NCBI GenBank assembly: GCA_030153785.1
Contig: JASKLF010000008.1
Span: 23,753-87,752, forward strand
Source: a bacterium
GTDB lineage: Bacteria; Synergistota; GBS-1
Direction of reading: 5' to 3'
Length of the DNA stretch: 64,000 nucleotides
A program made the translations under genes and the position numbers. This document shows positions 9,089 to 19,304 of this stretch, in pieces. The notes below the pieces were generated by a model. That model did no database searches. It saw only the letters and a list, made by a program, of their open reading frames with translations, and had not been told where the DNA came from. The first letter of the stretch is position 1. The number at the start of each line of letters is the position of its first letter.

Positions 9089-10040
9089 GTATATAAAATG
9101 TGAAGACCATAACGATGTTGCTCGTGCCATCAAGGAGATGGCAGTAAGAGGGGCCCCTGCTATTGGTATAGCAGCGGCTTATGGAGTGGTATTAGGTGTA
9201 AGGAAATATTCTTTTGGTAGGTTAGAGGAGATAGTTCAGACGTTAGCTAAAACTCGACCGACGGCTGTTAACTTGTTTTGGGCTCTTGAAAGGATGAGGG
9301 AAAAAGCTGTAAGAGCATCATCTTGGATAGAGCTTCTCGATGAAGCGAAAAACATACATGAGGAAGATATAAGAGCTAATGAAACCATGGGAAGGTATGG
9401 AGCGGAGCTTATACCTGATGGGGCCGGCATACTGACCCATTGTAATGCCGGTGCTCTTGCAACAGGAGGTTTAGGAACTGCGCTTGGCGTCATAAGGATG
9501 GCCTTTCGTCAAGGAAAGAGAATACGTGTTTATGCTGATGAGACTAGACCTGTGCTTCAAGGGGCAAGGTTGACTACCTGGGAGCTTATGATGGATGGTA
9601 TCGATGTTACCCTTATAACGGATAACATGGCGGGCTATCTTATGGCGAAGGGAGAAATAGATTTGGTAATAGTTGGAGCTGATAGGATAGCTTCTAATGG
9701 AGATGTAGCAAACAAGATAGGAACCTATTCTCTTGCTGTTTTGACTAAACATCATGATATTCCCTTTTATGTTGCTGCGCCAACTTCTACTATAGACCTT
9801 AAGGTTCGCTCTGGGAGAGAAATACCAATTGAAGAAAGGGATCCAAGAGAGGTTAGGGAGATCGGAGGTGTAAAAATAGCACCGCCCGATGTTAGAGTAC
9901 TTAATCCTGCTTTTGATGTTACTCCAGCTGAGCTGGTAAGCGCTATAATAACGGAGAAAGGAATCTTAAGGCCTCCTTTCGATAAGAGTTTGTATGAGAT
10001 TTTTGGAGGAGGGGGAAACTTTGATCAAGAAAAGATATAG
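8988..10040 (+). CDS. mtnA: S-methyl-5-thioribose-1-phosphate isomerase
   Basis: LDQRLLP, MAVRGAPAIG, TRPTAVNL, LTHCNAGALAT, ETRPVLQGARLT and NPAFDVTP. The true start may be slightly downstream. Confidence 0.95.
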   Translation: MLLRRCKRLVPPALTWENGFLYILDQRLLPHVVEYIKCEDHNDVARAIKEMAVRGAPAIGIAAAYGVVLGVRKYSFGRLEEIVQTLAKTRPTAVNLFWALERMREKAVRASSWIELLDEAKNIHEEDIRANETMGRYGAELIPDGAGILTHCNAGALATGGLGTALGVIRMAFRQGKRIRVYADETRPVLQGARLTTWELMMDGIDVTLITDNMAGYLMAKGEIDLVIVGADRIASNGDVANKIGTYSLAVLTKHHDIPFYVAAPTSTIDLKVRSGREIPIEERDPREVREIGGVKIAPPDVRVLNPAFDVTPAELVSAIITEKGILRPPFDKSLYEIFGGGGNFDQEKI

Positions 10041-12567
10041 CGGACACCAATTGAGAAAAATGTTTTTGGATTTTTTTGAAGAGAGGGGCCATAAAGTTTT
10101 TCCAAGTTTTTCTTTGATTCCTGATGATCCAACTATACTACTCACTATCGCAGGAATGGTTCCCTTTAAACCCTATTTTCTTGGCGAAAAGGAGCCTCCC
10201 GTTAGTAGAGCAACGACCTGTCAAAAGTGTATTAGAACAAATGATATAGAAAACGTTGGTAATACTGCAAGGCATCATACCTTTTTCGAGATGTTGGGAA
10301 ATTTTTCTTTCGGCGATTACTTTAAGAAGGAAGCCATAGGTTGGGCGTGGGATTTTGTTACGAAGGTTTTGGAATTGCCTCAAGAGAGGCTATGGGTTAC
10401 CATTTATGAAGATGACGATGAAGCGTTTGACATCTGGCATAAACTTATAGGACTTCCTGAGGAAAGAATAGTAAGGATGGGAGAGGAAGACAACTTTTGG
10501 AAAGTTGGTCCTGTTGGACCTTGTGGCCCTTGCTCTGAGATTATAATAGATCAAGGGGAAGAGTTTGGCTGTGGTAAGCCTACTTGTGGAGTGGGATGTG
10601 ATTGTGATAGATACCTTGAACTTTGGAATCTCGTCTTTATGCAGTATAACAGAAAAGAGGATGGCTCTTTAGAACCATTGCCCAAGAAAAATATAGATAC
10701 TGGTATGGGATTGGAAAGGCTTGCCTCCGTAATGCAAGGAGTCAGAAATGATTTCGAAACGGATTTGCTCTTTCCCTTGATTAGAAAGACTGAAAGCCTT
10801 TGTGGAGTTAGATATGGAGATAGACCGGAAAGTGATAAGGCATTGAAGATAATAGCGGATCACGTTAGAGCTGTCACTTTCATGATAGCTGATGGAATAA
10901 TGCCTTCTAATGAAGGAAGAGGTTATGTATTGAGAAGAATTCTTCGCAGAGCTGTTGTAAGTGGGTGGAGGCTTGGCTTGGAGAAACCTTTCCTTCACGA
11001 GTTAGTTTCCAAGGTCGTTGAGATGATGGGAGAAGTATATCCGGAGGTAGTTGAAAACCATCGCTTGGCTTCTGAAGTCGTTTTGTTAGAGGAAGAGAGG
11101 TTTAGAAGAACCTTGTCTTACGGGCTTAACCTTTTTGAAAGTTTAGTTTCCAAAGCCAAATCGGAAAATCGTGATCTGTTGTCAGGCGAGGAAGTATTTA
11201 GACTTTATGATACTTATGGTTTTCCATACGAGCTTACAAGGGAGATGGCAAGCGAGTATGGGCTTAAGGTAGACGAAGATGGCTTTCTTAAGGCTATGGA
11301 GGATCAAAGAGAAAAAGCGAGGCGACGTCTTAGGAAGGAAGGTGCCGATAGCTTCTATAGGGATGTTAAGGAGGAAGTGGGAGAGACCATTTTCGTTGGC
11401 TATGAAAGACTGGATTCTCAAGCGAAAGTGTTAAGAATAATGGAGAATGAAGGTTATCTGGAGGTTGTATTAGATAGGACCCCCTGTTATCCGGAAAAGG
11501 GAGGTCAGGTGGGAGACAAGGGGCGAATTGTTGCTGATGGTTTTGAAGGCAAAATAGAAGATACTTTTTCTCCGGTAGAAGGTTTAATTATTCATAAGGT
11601 TGTTCCAATCGAAGGGGTTCTAAAGGAAGGCGATTTGGTAAGGGTAGAAGTAGACGCTTTTTTAAGAAGAGAAACAGCTAAGCATCACACCGCTACTCAC
11701 CTCCTTCATCAAGCTTTATGTGATGTCTTGGGTGAGCATGTTAAACAATCGGGATCCTTAGTTACGCCGGAGAGACTTAGATTTGACTTTTCGCATTTTT
11801 CTCCACTCAGGCCGGAAGAAATAGAAAAGATAGAGAGGACGGTAAACGAAAAAATTTGGGAAGACCTTAAAGTAGAAGTCTTAAAGATGGAGCTGGATGA
11901 AGCGAAGAGATTGGGGGCCAAAGCATTGTTTGAAGGAAGATACGGCGAAAAAGTAAGGGTCTTAAAGATAGGCGATTATAGCTTGGAGCTTTGTGGGGGT
12001 ACTCATCTCGATAGAACTGGGCTGATAGGACTTTTTAGGATTGTTTCTGAGACTGGGATAGGAGCTAATCTCCGCAGAATAGAAGCTGTTTGCGGTAAAG
12101 CAGCTTTTGAATATACCAAGGCCTTTGAAAAAGAGCAAAGTGAGAGGATTTTTCATCTTGAAAATAGAGAGGAAGAGCTAATCAAGCTGTTAAGGGAAAA
12201 GAACTTGGAGATAGGCAGGCTATATCTTGAGAGGGTTTCTCCTAAGACGGTAAAAGGTGTAACTGTTTTTTCCTCCTTCCTTCCAGGTTTAGAAGTGTCA
12301 GATTTGAGAGTTCTCGGGGATGAAATAAAGTCGCAGCTTAAAAGTTGTGTGGTTATTTTAGGTAGCGGGGAAAGAAACAGGGCTGTTTTGGTGACAATGG
12401 TCACACCTGATTTAATTAAGGTGGGTTGGGATGCCTCAAAGATTGTCAGAACTATAGGTTCTTTAATCCAAGGTGGAGGTGGCGGCAAGCCCGGATATGC
12501 CCAAGCCGGGGGTAAGGATACACAAAAGCTTAAGGAGGTTTTAAGTAACATCGAGGCCTATCTATGA
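10021..12567 (+). CDS. alaS: Alanine--tRNA ligase
   Basis: AGMVPFKPYF, QKCIRTNDIENVG, HHTFFEMLGNFSFGDYFK, editing motifs HTATHLLH and ELCGGTH, and C-terminal GGGGGKPGYAQAGG. TTG start at 10021 after a ggaggagg SD. Confidence 0.98.
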   Translation: MIKKRYSGHQLRKMFLDFFEERGHKVFPSFSLIPDDPTILLTIAGMVPFKPYFLGEKEPPVSRATTCQKCIRTNDIENVGNTARHHTFFEMLGNFSFGDYFKKEAIGWAWDFVTKVLELPQERLWVTIYEDDDEAFDIWHKLIGLPEERIVRMGEEDNFWKVGPVGPCGPCSEIIIDQGEEFGCGKPTCGVGCDCDRYLELWNLVFMQYNRKEDGSLEPLPKKNIDTGMGLERLASVMQGVRNDFETDLLFPLIRKTESLCGVRYGDRPESDKALKIIADHVRAVTFMIADGIMPSNEGRGYVLRRILRRAVVSGWRLGLEKPFLHELVSKVVEMMGEVYPEVVENHRLASEVVLLEEERFRRTLSYGLNLFESLVSKAKSENRDLLSGEEVFRLYDTYGFPYELTREMASEYGLKVDEDGFLKAMEDQREKARRRLRKEGADSFYRDVKEEVGETIFVGYERLDSQAKVLRIMENEGYLEVVLDRTPCYPEKGGQVGDKGRIVADGFEGKIEDTFSPVEGLIIHKVVPIEGVLKEGDLVRVEVDAFLRRETAKHHTATHLLHQALCDVLGEHVKQSGSLVTPERLRFDFSHFSPLRPEEIEKIERTVNEKIWEDLKVEVLKMELDEAKRLGAKALFEGRYGEKVRVLKIGDYSLELCGGTHLDRTGLIGLFRIVSETGIGANLRRIEAVCGKAAFEYTKAFEKEQSERIFHLENREEELIKLLREKNLEIGRLYLERVSPKTVKGVTVFSSFLPGLEVSDLRVLGDEIKSQLKSCVVILGSGERNRAVLVTMVTPDLIKVGWDASKIVRTIGSLIQGGGGGKPGYAQAGGKDTQKLKEVLSNIEAYL

Positions 12568-12968
12568 GATATCTGGGACTGGACTGGGGTGAGAAAAGGG
12601 TAGGCATTGCGATAAGCGATGTAGAAGGTAAAATTTCAACTCCTCTTAAGGTTGTTAGTAGAGAGGCCTTGATTAAGGAACTTTTTGCTTTAAGGGAGGA
12701 ATTTGGAGAGTTCGAAATAGTTTTAGGTCTTCCCGCTCGGACTGATGGCCTTCCTGGGGCTTCGGAGAAGGAGGTAATAAAGCTTAAGCAGGAATTGGAA
12801 GAGCTCGGCTTTAAGGTCCATTTATGGAAGGAATGGTTTTCATCAGTGGAGGCGAAGAGGATTCTTGATTTATGTGAAGTAAAAGGTGGAAGAAAGAAAG
12901 ATAGTATAGATAAGATATCAGCAGCTTTAATTCTGGAATCTTATCTGAGGAGTGTTAGCGGTAAGTGA
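12564..12968 (+). CDS. ruvX: Pre-16S rRNA nuclease / Holliday junction resolvase-like YqgF (RuvX)
   Basis: YLGLDWGEKRVGIAISD, VLGLP and IDKISAALILESYL; follows alaS. Confidence 0.9.
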   Translation: MRYLGLDWGEKRVGIAISDVEGKISTPLKVVSREALIKELFALREEFGEFEIVLGLPARTDGLPGASEKEVIKLKQELEELGFKVHLWKEWFSSVEAKRILDLCEVKGGRKKDSIDKISAALILESYLRSVSGK

Positions 12969-15382
12969 TGGACAAAAAGGAACTTACCCCTGCATTGCAG
13001 CAATATATGGAGATAAAAGAAAGATACAAAGATGCAATAGTTTTCTTTAGAATGGGAGATTTCTATGAAATGTTTTACGATGACGCATATGTGGCAGCGC
13101 GCGAGTTAGGGCTTACACTTACAGCGCGGGATAGGGAGAAGAAGGTTCCTCTTGCAGGTGTTCCTTATCATTCTGCCGATACATACATTCGTAGACTTGT
13201 AAAAAAAGGATATAAGGTTGTTATATGTGAACAAGTGGGCGAAACAAGGGGTAAAAAGCTTGTAGAAAGGAAGGTTGTTCGTGTAATCACACCTGGGACT
13301 GTAGAGAGCGAAGAGGGGGATGCTAATTACATTGTTTCCATATTTCCTTCTGGTAATACTTTTGGTATAAGTTATGCTGATTTGATTAATGGTGATTTTT
13401 ACTTGACCGAGATTGACGAAAAAGATTTAATCTCTGAAATAGGAAGGCTCTCTCCTGGCGAAATTCTTTTGCCTGAAAATATAGATGTAGAAGAGATTCC
13501 AGAGGAAATTCCAAGAACCTTTTTGTCAAAAGCTGATTTTGAGTGGAAAAACGCTGAGGAGACCTTAAAGCGACATTTTGGTATTAGAAGCTTAGAGAGT
13601 TTTGGTTGTAAAGATAAGCTTATTGGCATATCAGCAGCGGGGGCTTTGCTTTCCTATCTTTATAGGACCCAGCTTGTTGATTTAAAGCACATAACCCAAA
13701 TAAAGATTCACCAACCCAAGGATTTTATGATTTTAGATTATACTACTCAGAAGAATCTTGAGCTTATTAAGGGGCTTCACGGTAATGATGAGGCAACGCT
13801 ATTTGGTGTTCTTGATAAAACAAGGACCTCCATGGGTAGGAGATTATTAAAGCTTTGGATTTTAAACCCCCTTCGCTCTAAGGATAAGATAAATCAGAGG
13901 CTGGAGAGGGTAGAATGGTTTTACAATAACTTTGATATTCTTCGAAAGATTCGGGAGACCCTTGGAGGGATCTATGATATAGATAGAATCTTAGGCAGAG
14001 TTGGATTAGGCACCTTTACCGCAAAGGATCTTGCCATGTTAAGAGACTCTTTAAGAAAGATTCCGGATTTGATAAGCCTTCTTAACGATGCTGTCTTGTT
14101 CAAGGAACTACTTGATTCCCTTTTTGAAAGTTTAGATATATTCGAAATGCTTGATGAAGTTTTGGTTGATTTGCCTCCTCATTCTATTGAGGAGAACGAC
14201 TTTGTGAGGGCGGGATATGATGAAGAGCTTGACGAGCTTAAAAACCTTTTAGTGGAAGGGAGACAATGGATAGCTTCTTTTGAGGAGAGAGAAAGGAATC
14301 GAACGGGTATAAAGTCCCTTAAGGTTGGTTACAATAAAGTTTTCGGTTACTACATAGAGGTTACAAAGGCAAACTTGAATATGGTTCCTCCTGATTACGA
14401 GAGGAAACAGACACTGACCCAGGCGGAGCGATTTATAACAAAGGAACTAAAGGAATATGAAAATAAGATTTTAAGCGCAGAGGATAGGATATTGGAGAAG
14501 GTCGCTGAGATAAAGCAGAAATTGGGGGAAAAAGTTTTAAGAAGGGCAGATTCTCTAAAGAGACTATCGAGTTCTATTGCAGAGATAGATGTTCTTGCCT
14601 CTCTTGCCTTTGTCGCTCTTGAAAATGGGTATGTCAGACCCGAGATAACCGATTCTAACCTGATTATCATAGAAAAGGGAAGACATCCTATTGTGGAGCA
14701 CTTCGTGGGTAGAGATCGGTTTATTCCTAACGATGCCTTTTTGGAGCCTTCTAAGTGCAGGATTATAGTTCTGACTGGTCCGAATATGGCGGGTAAGTCA
14801 ACCTATCTTAGACAGGTAGCCCATATTGTTATAATGGCACAAATGGGAAGTTTTGTGCCTGCGAAATTGGCTAGGATAGGCATAGTAGATAGGATCTTTA
14901 CCCGTATAGGCGCTATGGATGACCTCGCAAGGGGAGAGAGCACCTTTATGATAGAAATGTCGGAAACCGCAAATATTCTTAGAAATGCTACTTCTAGGAG
15001 TTTAGTTATTTTGGATGAAATAGGAAGAGGCACGAGCACTTATGATGGCTTAAGTATTGCATGGGCTGTTATAGAATATCTCTATAATTTTGTAGGAGCA
15101 AAGGTTCTCTTTGCAACCCACTATCATGAATTAACGGAGCTTGAAAAATACTTGCCTGCACTTAAGAATTATCATATGGCCGTTAGCGATGATGGAGGTG
15201 AGCTCACCTTCTTGTATAAAGTTCAACCTGGAAGCGCGAACAAAAGTTATGGAATAGAGGTTGCTAAGATTGCCGGACTTCCGTCGGAGGTTATAAGGAG
15301 AGCCAATGAGATTCTTAGAAGACTTGAAAGCAAAGAATCAAAAATGTTTTCCCCCAAGCAGCTTGTGTTATTTAGCGATTAA
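12965..15382 (+). CDS. mutS: DNA mismatch repair protein MutS
   Basis: FFRMGDFYEMF, GVPYH, TGPNMAGKSTYLRQ, STFMIEM, DEIGRGTST and FATHYHEL. Confidence 0.98.
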   Translation: MMDKKELTPALQQYMEIKERYKDAIVFFRMGDFYEMFYDDAYVAARELGLTLTARDREKKVPLAGVPYHSADTYIRRLVKKGYKVVICEQVGETRGKKLVERKVVRVITPGTVESEEGDANYIVSIFPSGNTFGISYADLINGDFYLTEIDEKDLISEIGRLSPGEILLPENIDVEEIPEEIPRTFLSKADFEWKNAEETLKRHFGIRSLESFGCKDKLIGISAAGALLSYLYRTQLVDLKHITQIKIHQPKDFMILDYTTQKNLELIKGLHGNDEATLFGVLDKTRTSMGRRLLKLWILNPLRSKDKINQRLERVEWFYNNFDILRKIRETLGGIYDIDRILGRVGLGTFTAKDLAMLRDSLRKIPDLISLLNDAVLFKELLDSLFESLDIFEMLDEVLVDLPPHSIEENDFVRAGYDEELDELKNLLVEGRQWIASFEERERNRTGIKSLKVGYNKVFGYYIEVTKANLNMVPPDYERKQTLTQAERFITKELKEYENKILSAEDRILEKVAEIKQKLGEKVLRRADSLKRLSSSIAEIDVLASLAFVALENGYVRPEITDSNLIIIEKGRHPIVEHFVGRDRFIPNDAFLEPSKCRIIVLTGPNMAGKSTYLRQVAHIVIMAQMGSFVPAKLARIGIVDRIFTRIGAMDDLARGESTFMIEMSETANILRNATSRSLVILDEIGRGTSTYDGLSIAWAVIEYLYNFVGAKVLFATHYHELTELEKYLPALKNYHMAVSDDGGELTFLYKVQPGSANKSYGIEVAKIAGLPSEVIRRANEILRRLESKESKMFSPKQLVLFSD

Positions 15383-15399
15383 AATGGGGTGTTTTTATC

Positions 15400-17028
15400 T
15401 TGAGAAGAATTCTTAAGTTACCGCAGGAAGTTGTTGCTAAAATAGCAGCAGGTGAGGTTGTTGAAAGACCTGCTTCTGTGGTTAAGGAGCTTGTAGAGAA
15501 TGCCTTGGATGCCTTTTCTAAGGAAATAAGGATTTATGCTAAGGAGGGAGGAAAAGATTTAATAAAGGTTTCCGATGATGGAGTTGGAATACCAGCAAGC
15601 GATGTAGAGCCTGCTTTTGAAAGGCATGCTACTAGTAAGATAAGTGCTTTAGATGATTTAACAAAGCTGGAGACTTTAGGTTTTAGGGGAGAGGCTTTGC
15701 CAAGCATTGCGGCGGTTTCAAAGGTGGAACTTATTACTAAAGCTCAGGAGGAAGATATCGGGACTCGGATAATTATAGAAGGTGGGAAGAAGGTTTTTAA
15801 GGAAAACGGATTCTTTAGGCAAGGCACAACCATAACGGTTCGTTCTCTATTTTATAATTTACCTTTAAGAAGGAAGCTCTTGAAAAGTTCTTCTACAGAG
15901 TGGAACAGGATTCTTAAGATAGTTTTAGCTTACATTCTTGCTTTTCCGGAAGTTAAGTTCTATCTTTACAAGGGGGAAGAGCTCTTTTTAAGTAGCGGTA
16001 CCAGCTTGGAGGAAAGCTTAAAAAGAGTGTTTGGTGGTGATTTTTTGAAAAATATGCGCCAAATTAGCTTTGCCCAAGAGAAATATAGTGTTTCAGGATT
16101 CGTTTCCGCTTGGGGGGAAGGAAGCGGAGAGTTTTTTATTTTTGTAAATAACAGGCCTGTTAAAAGTGACATTATTAAAAAGGCGGTGGCAGAAGCTCTT
16201 TCAATTCCCCCGGGTAGATTTCCCGTTAGAGGTTTTATAAAAATCAATGTAAACCCTTCTCTTATTGATCAAAACGTTCATCCTGCTAAGTTAGAAGTTA
16301 GATTTTTTGAACCTGGTGCAGTTTATTCTGCCGTTTACAATGCTATTAGAAGAGCTTTTTCGATAAGGGAACCCTCTTTTGGAGGCTTTAGGAGCTCTGT
16401 CCCGAAATTTTCTGACGAGGAAAGCTCTTTATCTTTTAAGGAGAGCTTGTTTGAATATGAATGTAAAATAAAGGGAGAAGAAAAGAAACGTTCCCCAATT
16501 AGGGTTCTTGCTCGAACAAGTAAAGGCTATTTTTTAGCTGAAACTGAAGATGGCATTTGGATAATAGACCCTCATGCCCTTCTTGAAAGGTTACTTTTTG
16601 AAAGATTAAGAAACACAAGAGTTACCGTTCAGCTAATTGCTCCGATTGTTCTCCACTATGATTCTTATCTTTCATCGGTGATAAAAGATAAAATTGAAGT
16701 TTTAAAGGAAGTTGGTTTTGAATTAGAGGAGTTTGGCGGGAATGCCTTTTTGCTTAGGGGGGTGCCTTCTCCTTTATCGAATTTAAGACTGAATTGGGGG
16801 GAGGCCATAAAATCTTTATTTAAAGAGGGTAGCTTGGATTTGATTAAGGCATGGGCTGATCTTGCTTGTCATGCGGCCCCTAAGCTGGGAGATATTGCAA
16901 CTCCTGAAGACATGCAAAGATTGTTAAATGAACTGTATGGATTTGGTGATTTTGATCTTTGTCCTCACGGGAGGCCTATAAGATACTTCTTGAGCTACAG
17001 GGAGATAGCGAAGTGGTTAGGAAGATAA
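15400..17028 (+). CDS. mutL: DNA mismatch repair endonuclease MutL
   Basis: IAAGEVVERPASVVKELVEN, RHATSKI, GFRGEALPSI, a C-terminal DPHAxxERxxxE motif, ACH and CPHGRP. Confidence 0.96.
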   Translation: MRRILKLPQEVVAKIAAGEVVERPASVVKELVENALDAFSKEIRIYAKEGGKDLIKVSDDGVGIPASDVEPAFERHATSKISALDDLTKLETLGFRGEALPSIAAVSKVELITKAQEEDIGTRIIIEGGKKVFKENGFFRQGTTITVRSLFYNLPLRRKLLKSSSTEWNRILKIVLAYILAFPEVKFYLYKGEELFLSSGTSLEESLKRVFGGDFLKNMRQISFAQEKYSVSGFVSAWGEGSGEFFIFVNNRPVKSDIIKKAVAEALSIPPGRFPVRGFIKINVNPSLIDQNVHPAKLEVRFFEPGAVYSAVYNAIRRAFSIREPSFGGFRSSVPKFSDEESSLSFKESLFEYECKIKGEEKKRSPIRVLARTSKGYFLAETEDGIWIIDPHALLERLLFERLRNTRVTVQLIAPIVLHYDSYLSSVIKDKIEVLKEVGFELEEFGGNAFLLRGVPSPLSNLRLNWGEAIKSLFKEGSLDLIKAWADLACHAAPKLGDIATPEDMQRLLNELYGFGDFDLCPHGRPIRYFLSYREIAKWLGR

Positions 17029-17942
17029 TAATAGTTATTTTAGGACCTACAGCGGTAGGGAAAACAGATATCTCTATCAGTATTGCTGAGAAATTCGAGT
17101 GTGAAATAATCTCTGTTGATTCGAAACAAATATATAAGCTTATGGATATTGGAACTGCAAAACCGCCGCGTGAAGTAAGGGAAAGAATTCCTCATCATCT
17201 TATCGATATCGTTTTTCCAGATGAGATTTACACGGTGGGGGATTTTTGCGTAGATGCTGCTAAACTTGTTGAGTCCATCTCTGTTCGAGGAAAAGTTCCT
17301 CTAATGGTTGGTGGTACTGCCCTTTATTACTGGCTTTTTCTTAGGAACCCGATTTCCAATTTGCCTAAAGCGGACCACGAATTGCGAGAAGAGCTTATTA
17401 AATTGGGAAAGAAGAAACTTTATGATAAATTGTTGGAAGTAGACCCCATAAGTGCGAATAGAATTCATCCTAATGATCTTCAAAGAATCGTTCGTGCCTT
17501 GGAGGTGTTTTACCTTACGGGTAAGCCTTTAAGTTATTGGCTTACTTTTGAGGCAGAAAAAAGCGATAAGTACGAGGTTCTTTGGTTGGGATTAAATAGA
17601 GATAGGAATGAACTTTACGAGAGGATAAATCGTAGGGTGGACGAAATGATATCTAAAGGTCTTGTAGAAGAAGTTAGAGGTTTGCTTGACATGGGATATT
17701 CTCCTGATTTACCTGCTTTGAGAGGTCATGGTTATAGGGAGATTTGTGACTATTTTAAGGGGAAATGCTCGTTGGAAAGAGCCATAGATGAAATTAAAAA
17801 GGACACAAGGAATTACGCCAAAAGACAACTAACGTGGTTTAGAAAATGGAAGGATGTAGAATGGTTTCATCCCGATGAATCTGATAAGGTAGTAACGAGG
17901 GTGGGAAGGTGGTTAGATGCAAGGTTTAAGCAAATACGTTGA
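17013..17942 (+). CDS. miaA: tRNA dimethylallyltransferase
   Basis: GPTAVGKT, ISVDSKQIYK, DIGTAKP, VGGTALY and YAKRQLTWF. GTG start at 17013 with a ggag SD. Confidence 0.97.
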   Translation: MVRKIIIVILGPTAVGKTDISISIAEKFECEIISVDSKQIYKLMDIGTAKPPREVRERIPHHLIDIVFPDEIYTVGDFCVDAAKLVESISVRGKVPLMVGGTALYYWLFLRNPISNLPKADHELREELIKLGKKKLYDKLLEVDPISANRIHPNDLQRIVRALEVFYLTGKPLSYWLTFEAEKSDKYEVLWLGLNRDRNELYERINRRVDEMISKGLVEEVRGLLDMGYSPDLPALRGHGYREICDYFKGKCSLERAIDEIKKDTRNYAKRQLTWFRKWKDVEWFHPDESDKVVTRVGRWLDARFKQIR

Positions 17943-18414
17943 TATGGCTCTAAAATTAGGGGCTGTCGAGGCTGTCCTTGCTCCTGTGGAAAAGCTTGTT
18001 ATTGACTATCGCTTTTATCTTAAGTGTAGGTTTGGTTGTCCTAATTGGAACAAATATTGGACTTGTCCCTCTGCGCCGGGATTTCCGGCCCCTTGGGAAT
18101 TCGAGAATATTATCAGATCTTATTCCATCTTTTTAGCAATTCATACTTTATGTGAGGAGGATAATCAGAAGATATCTTTCGAGATTGAAGAGTCGGCATT
18201 TAAAGATGGCTTTTTGCTTGCCTTTAGCATATCAGGTTGTTCAATTTTATGTAACCGTGATTGCACTTACCCTGATTCTCCTTGTAGGTATCCACAAAGG
18301 GCGCGTCCTACTCCTTCTGCGGTATGTATTGACGTTTATAAGACTGCAAAATTGCTTTCAATGAATTTCGAGTTTGGAAAACCTGATTGGTATAGCTACG
18401 TTCTTTTGTTATGA
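17917..18414 (+). CDS. Cys-rich predicted metal-binding protein (DUF2284-like)
   Basis: KCRFGCPNWNKYWTCP, GCSILCNRDC...CRYPQRARP and IDVYKTA. Confidence 0.75.
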   Translation: MQGLSKYVDMALKLGAVEAVLAPVEKLVIDYRFYLKCRFGCPNWNKYWTCPSAPGFPAPWEFENIIRSYSIFLAIHTLCEEDNQKISFEIEESAFKDGFLLAFSISGCSILCNRDCTYPDSPCRYPQRARPTPSAVCIDVYKTAKLLSMNFEFGKPDWYSYVLLL

Positions 18415-19304
18415 AGATAATAGTCTCTCCTGAAATTGGTTTTTGTTTTGGTGTTAAAAGAGCCGTTAATATGGTGGAGAAACTCCTTAGCGAGTTAGAA
18501 GAGGTTTACGTTGTTGGAAGCTTAATCCACAACTCCTTAGAGATGGAGCGCTTACGTCATAAGGGGTTAATTAGTGTAAAAAGTGCTGAGGATGTTCCTG
18601 CAGGTTCTATTGCTGTTGTAAGGTCTCACGGGCTTAAAAAAGAAGAGATAGGACTGCTTATTAAGAACAAGGTTAAGCTAATTGATACCACTTGCCCTTT
18701 TGTTAAACGAGTTAAGAGCGAGGCACAGCGCATGTTGGAAAAGGGTTACAAGGTCTTGTTGTATGGAGATCCTGAACACCCTGAGGTTCAAAGCGTTACC
18801 AGTTACCTTGAAGGCGAAGTTTTAGTGGTTAGGGAAGAAGGGGACTTGGATTTTATTTCTATATTTGATAAAATAGGCTTAGTATCTCAAACTACTCAAG
18901 AACTAGATGCTTTTATAAAAATGGCGATAGCTGTTTCTCGAAGAGCAAGAGAAGTAAGAATCGTTAATACCATATGTGATGCCACTGTTAGAAGAAGAAG
19001 AGCTTTGATGGATTTGATTTCAAGGAGCGATGCTCTCTTAATTGTGGGTGGGAAGAATAGCGCCAACACAGGAAAGTTAGCAAGCTTATCTAAAAAATAT
19101 TTAGGGGAGAAGACTTACCATATTGAGTTTCCCAAGGAAATTTCAAGGGGGTGGTTTGAGGGTATAGAGCGTTTAGGTCTAGCCAGTGGTGCTTCTACGC
19201 CTGACTGGCAGATAGGGGTGGTTTTGGCTATATTGAAAAAGTATGGGGGTGAAGTTTGTAATGAATGTGGTTCAGATAAACGAAGGTACTCCTTATCCCA
19301 TTGA
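18411..19304 (+). CDS. ispH: 4-hydroxy-3-methylbut-2-enyl diphosphate reductase
   Basis: GFCFGVKRA, LIHN, RSHG, DTTCPFV, HPEV, SQTT, TICDAT, SANT and GASTPDW. Confidence 0.96.
   Translation: MKIIVSPEIGFCFGVKRAVNMVEKLLSELEEVYVVGSLIHNSLEMERLRHKGLISVKSAEDVPAGSIAVVRSHGLKKEEIGLLIKNKVKLIDTTCPFVKRVKSEAQRMLEKGYKVLLYGDPEHPEVQSVTSYLEGEVLVVREEGDLDFISIFDKIGLVSQTTQELDAFIKMAIAVSRRAREVRIVNTICDATVRRRRALMDLISRSDALLIVGGKNSANTGKLASLSKKYLGEKTYHIEFPKEISRGWFEGIERLGLASGASTPDWQIGVVLAILKKYGGEVCNECGSDKRRYSLSH

Noticed and set aside
9960..10021. T-box leader for alaS
   Set aside because: alaS overlaps mtnA, so there is no leader space, and no T-box consensus is visible.
19230..19304. Programmed frameshift fusing ispH to rpsA at G-AAA-AAG
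   Set aside because: Joining the frames needs +1, not -1. The heptamer is imperfect, and rpsA has its own SD and ATG.
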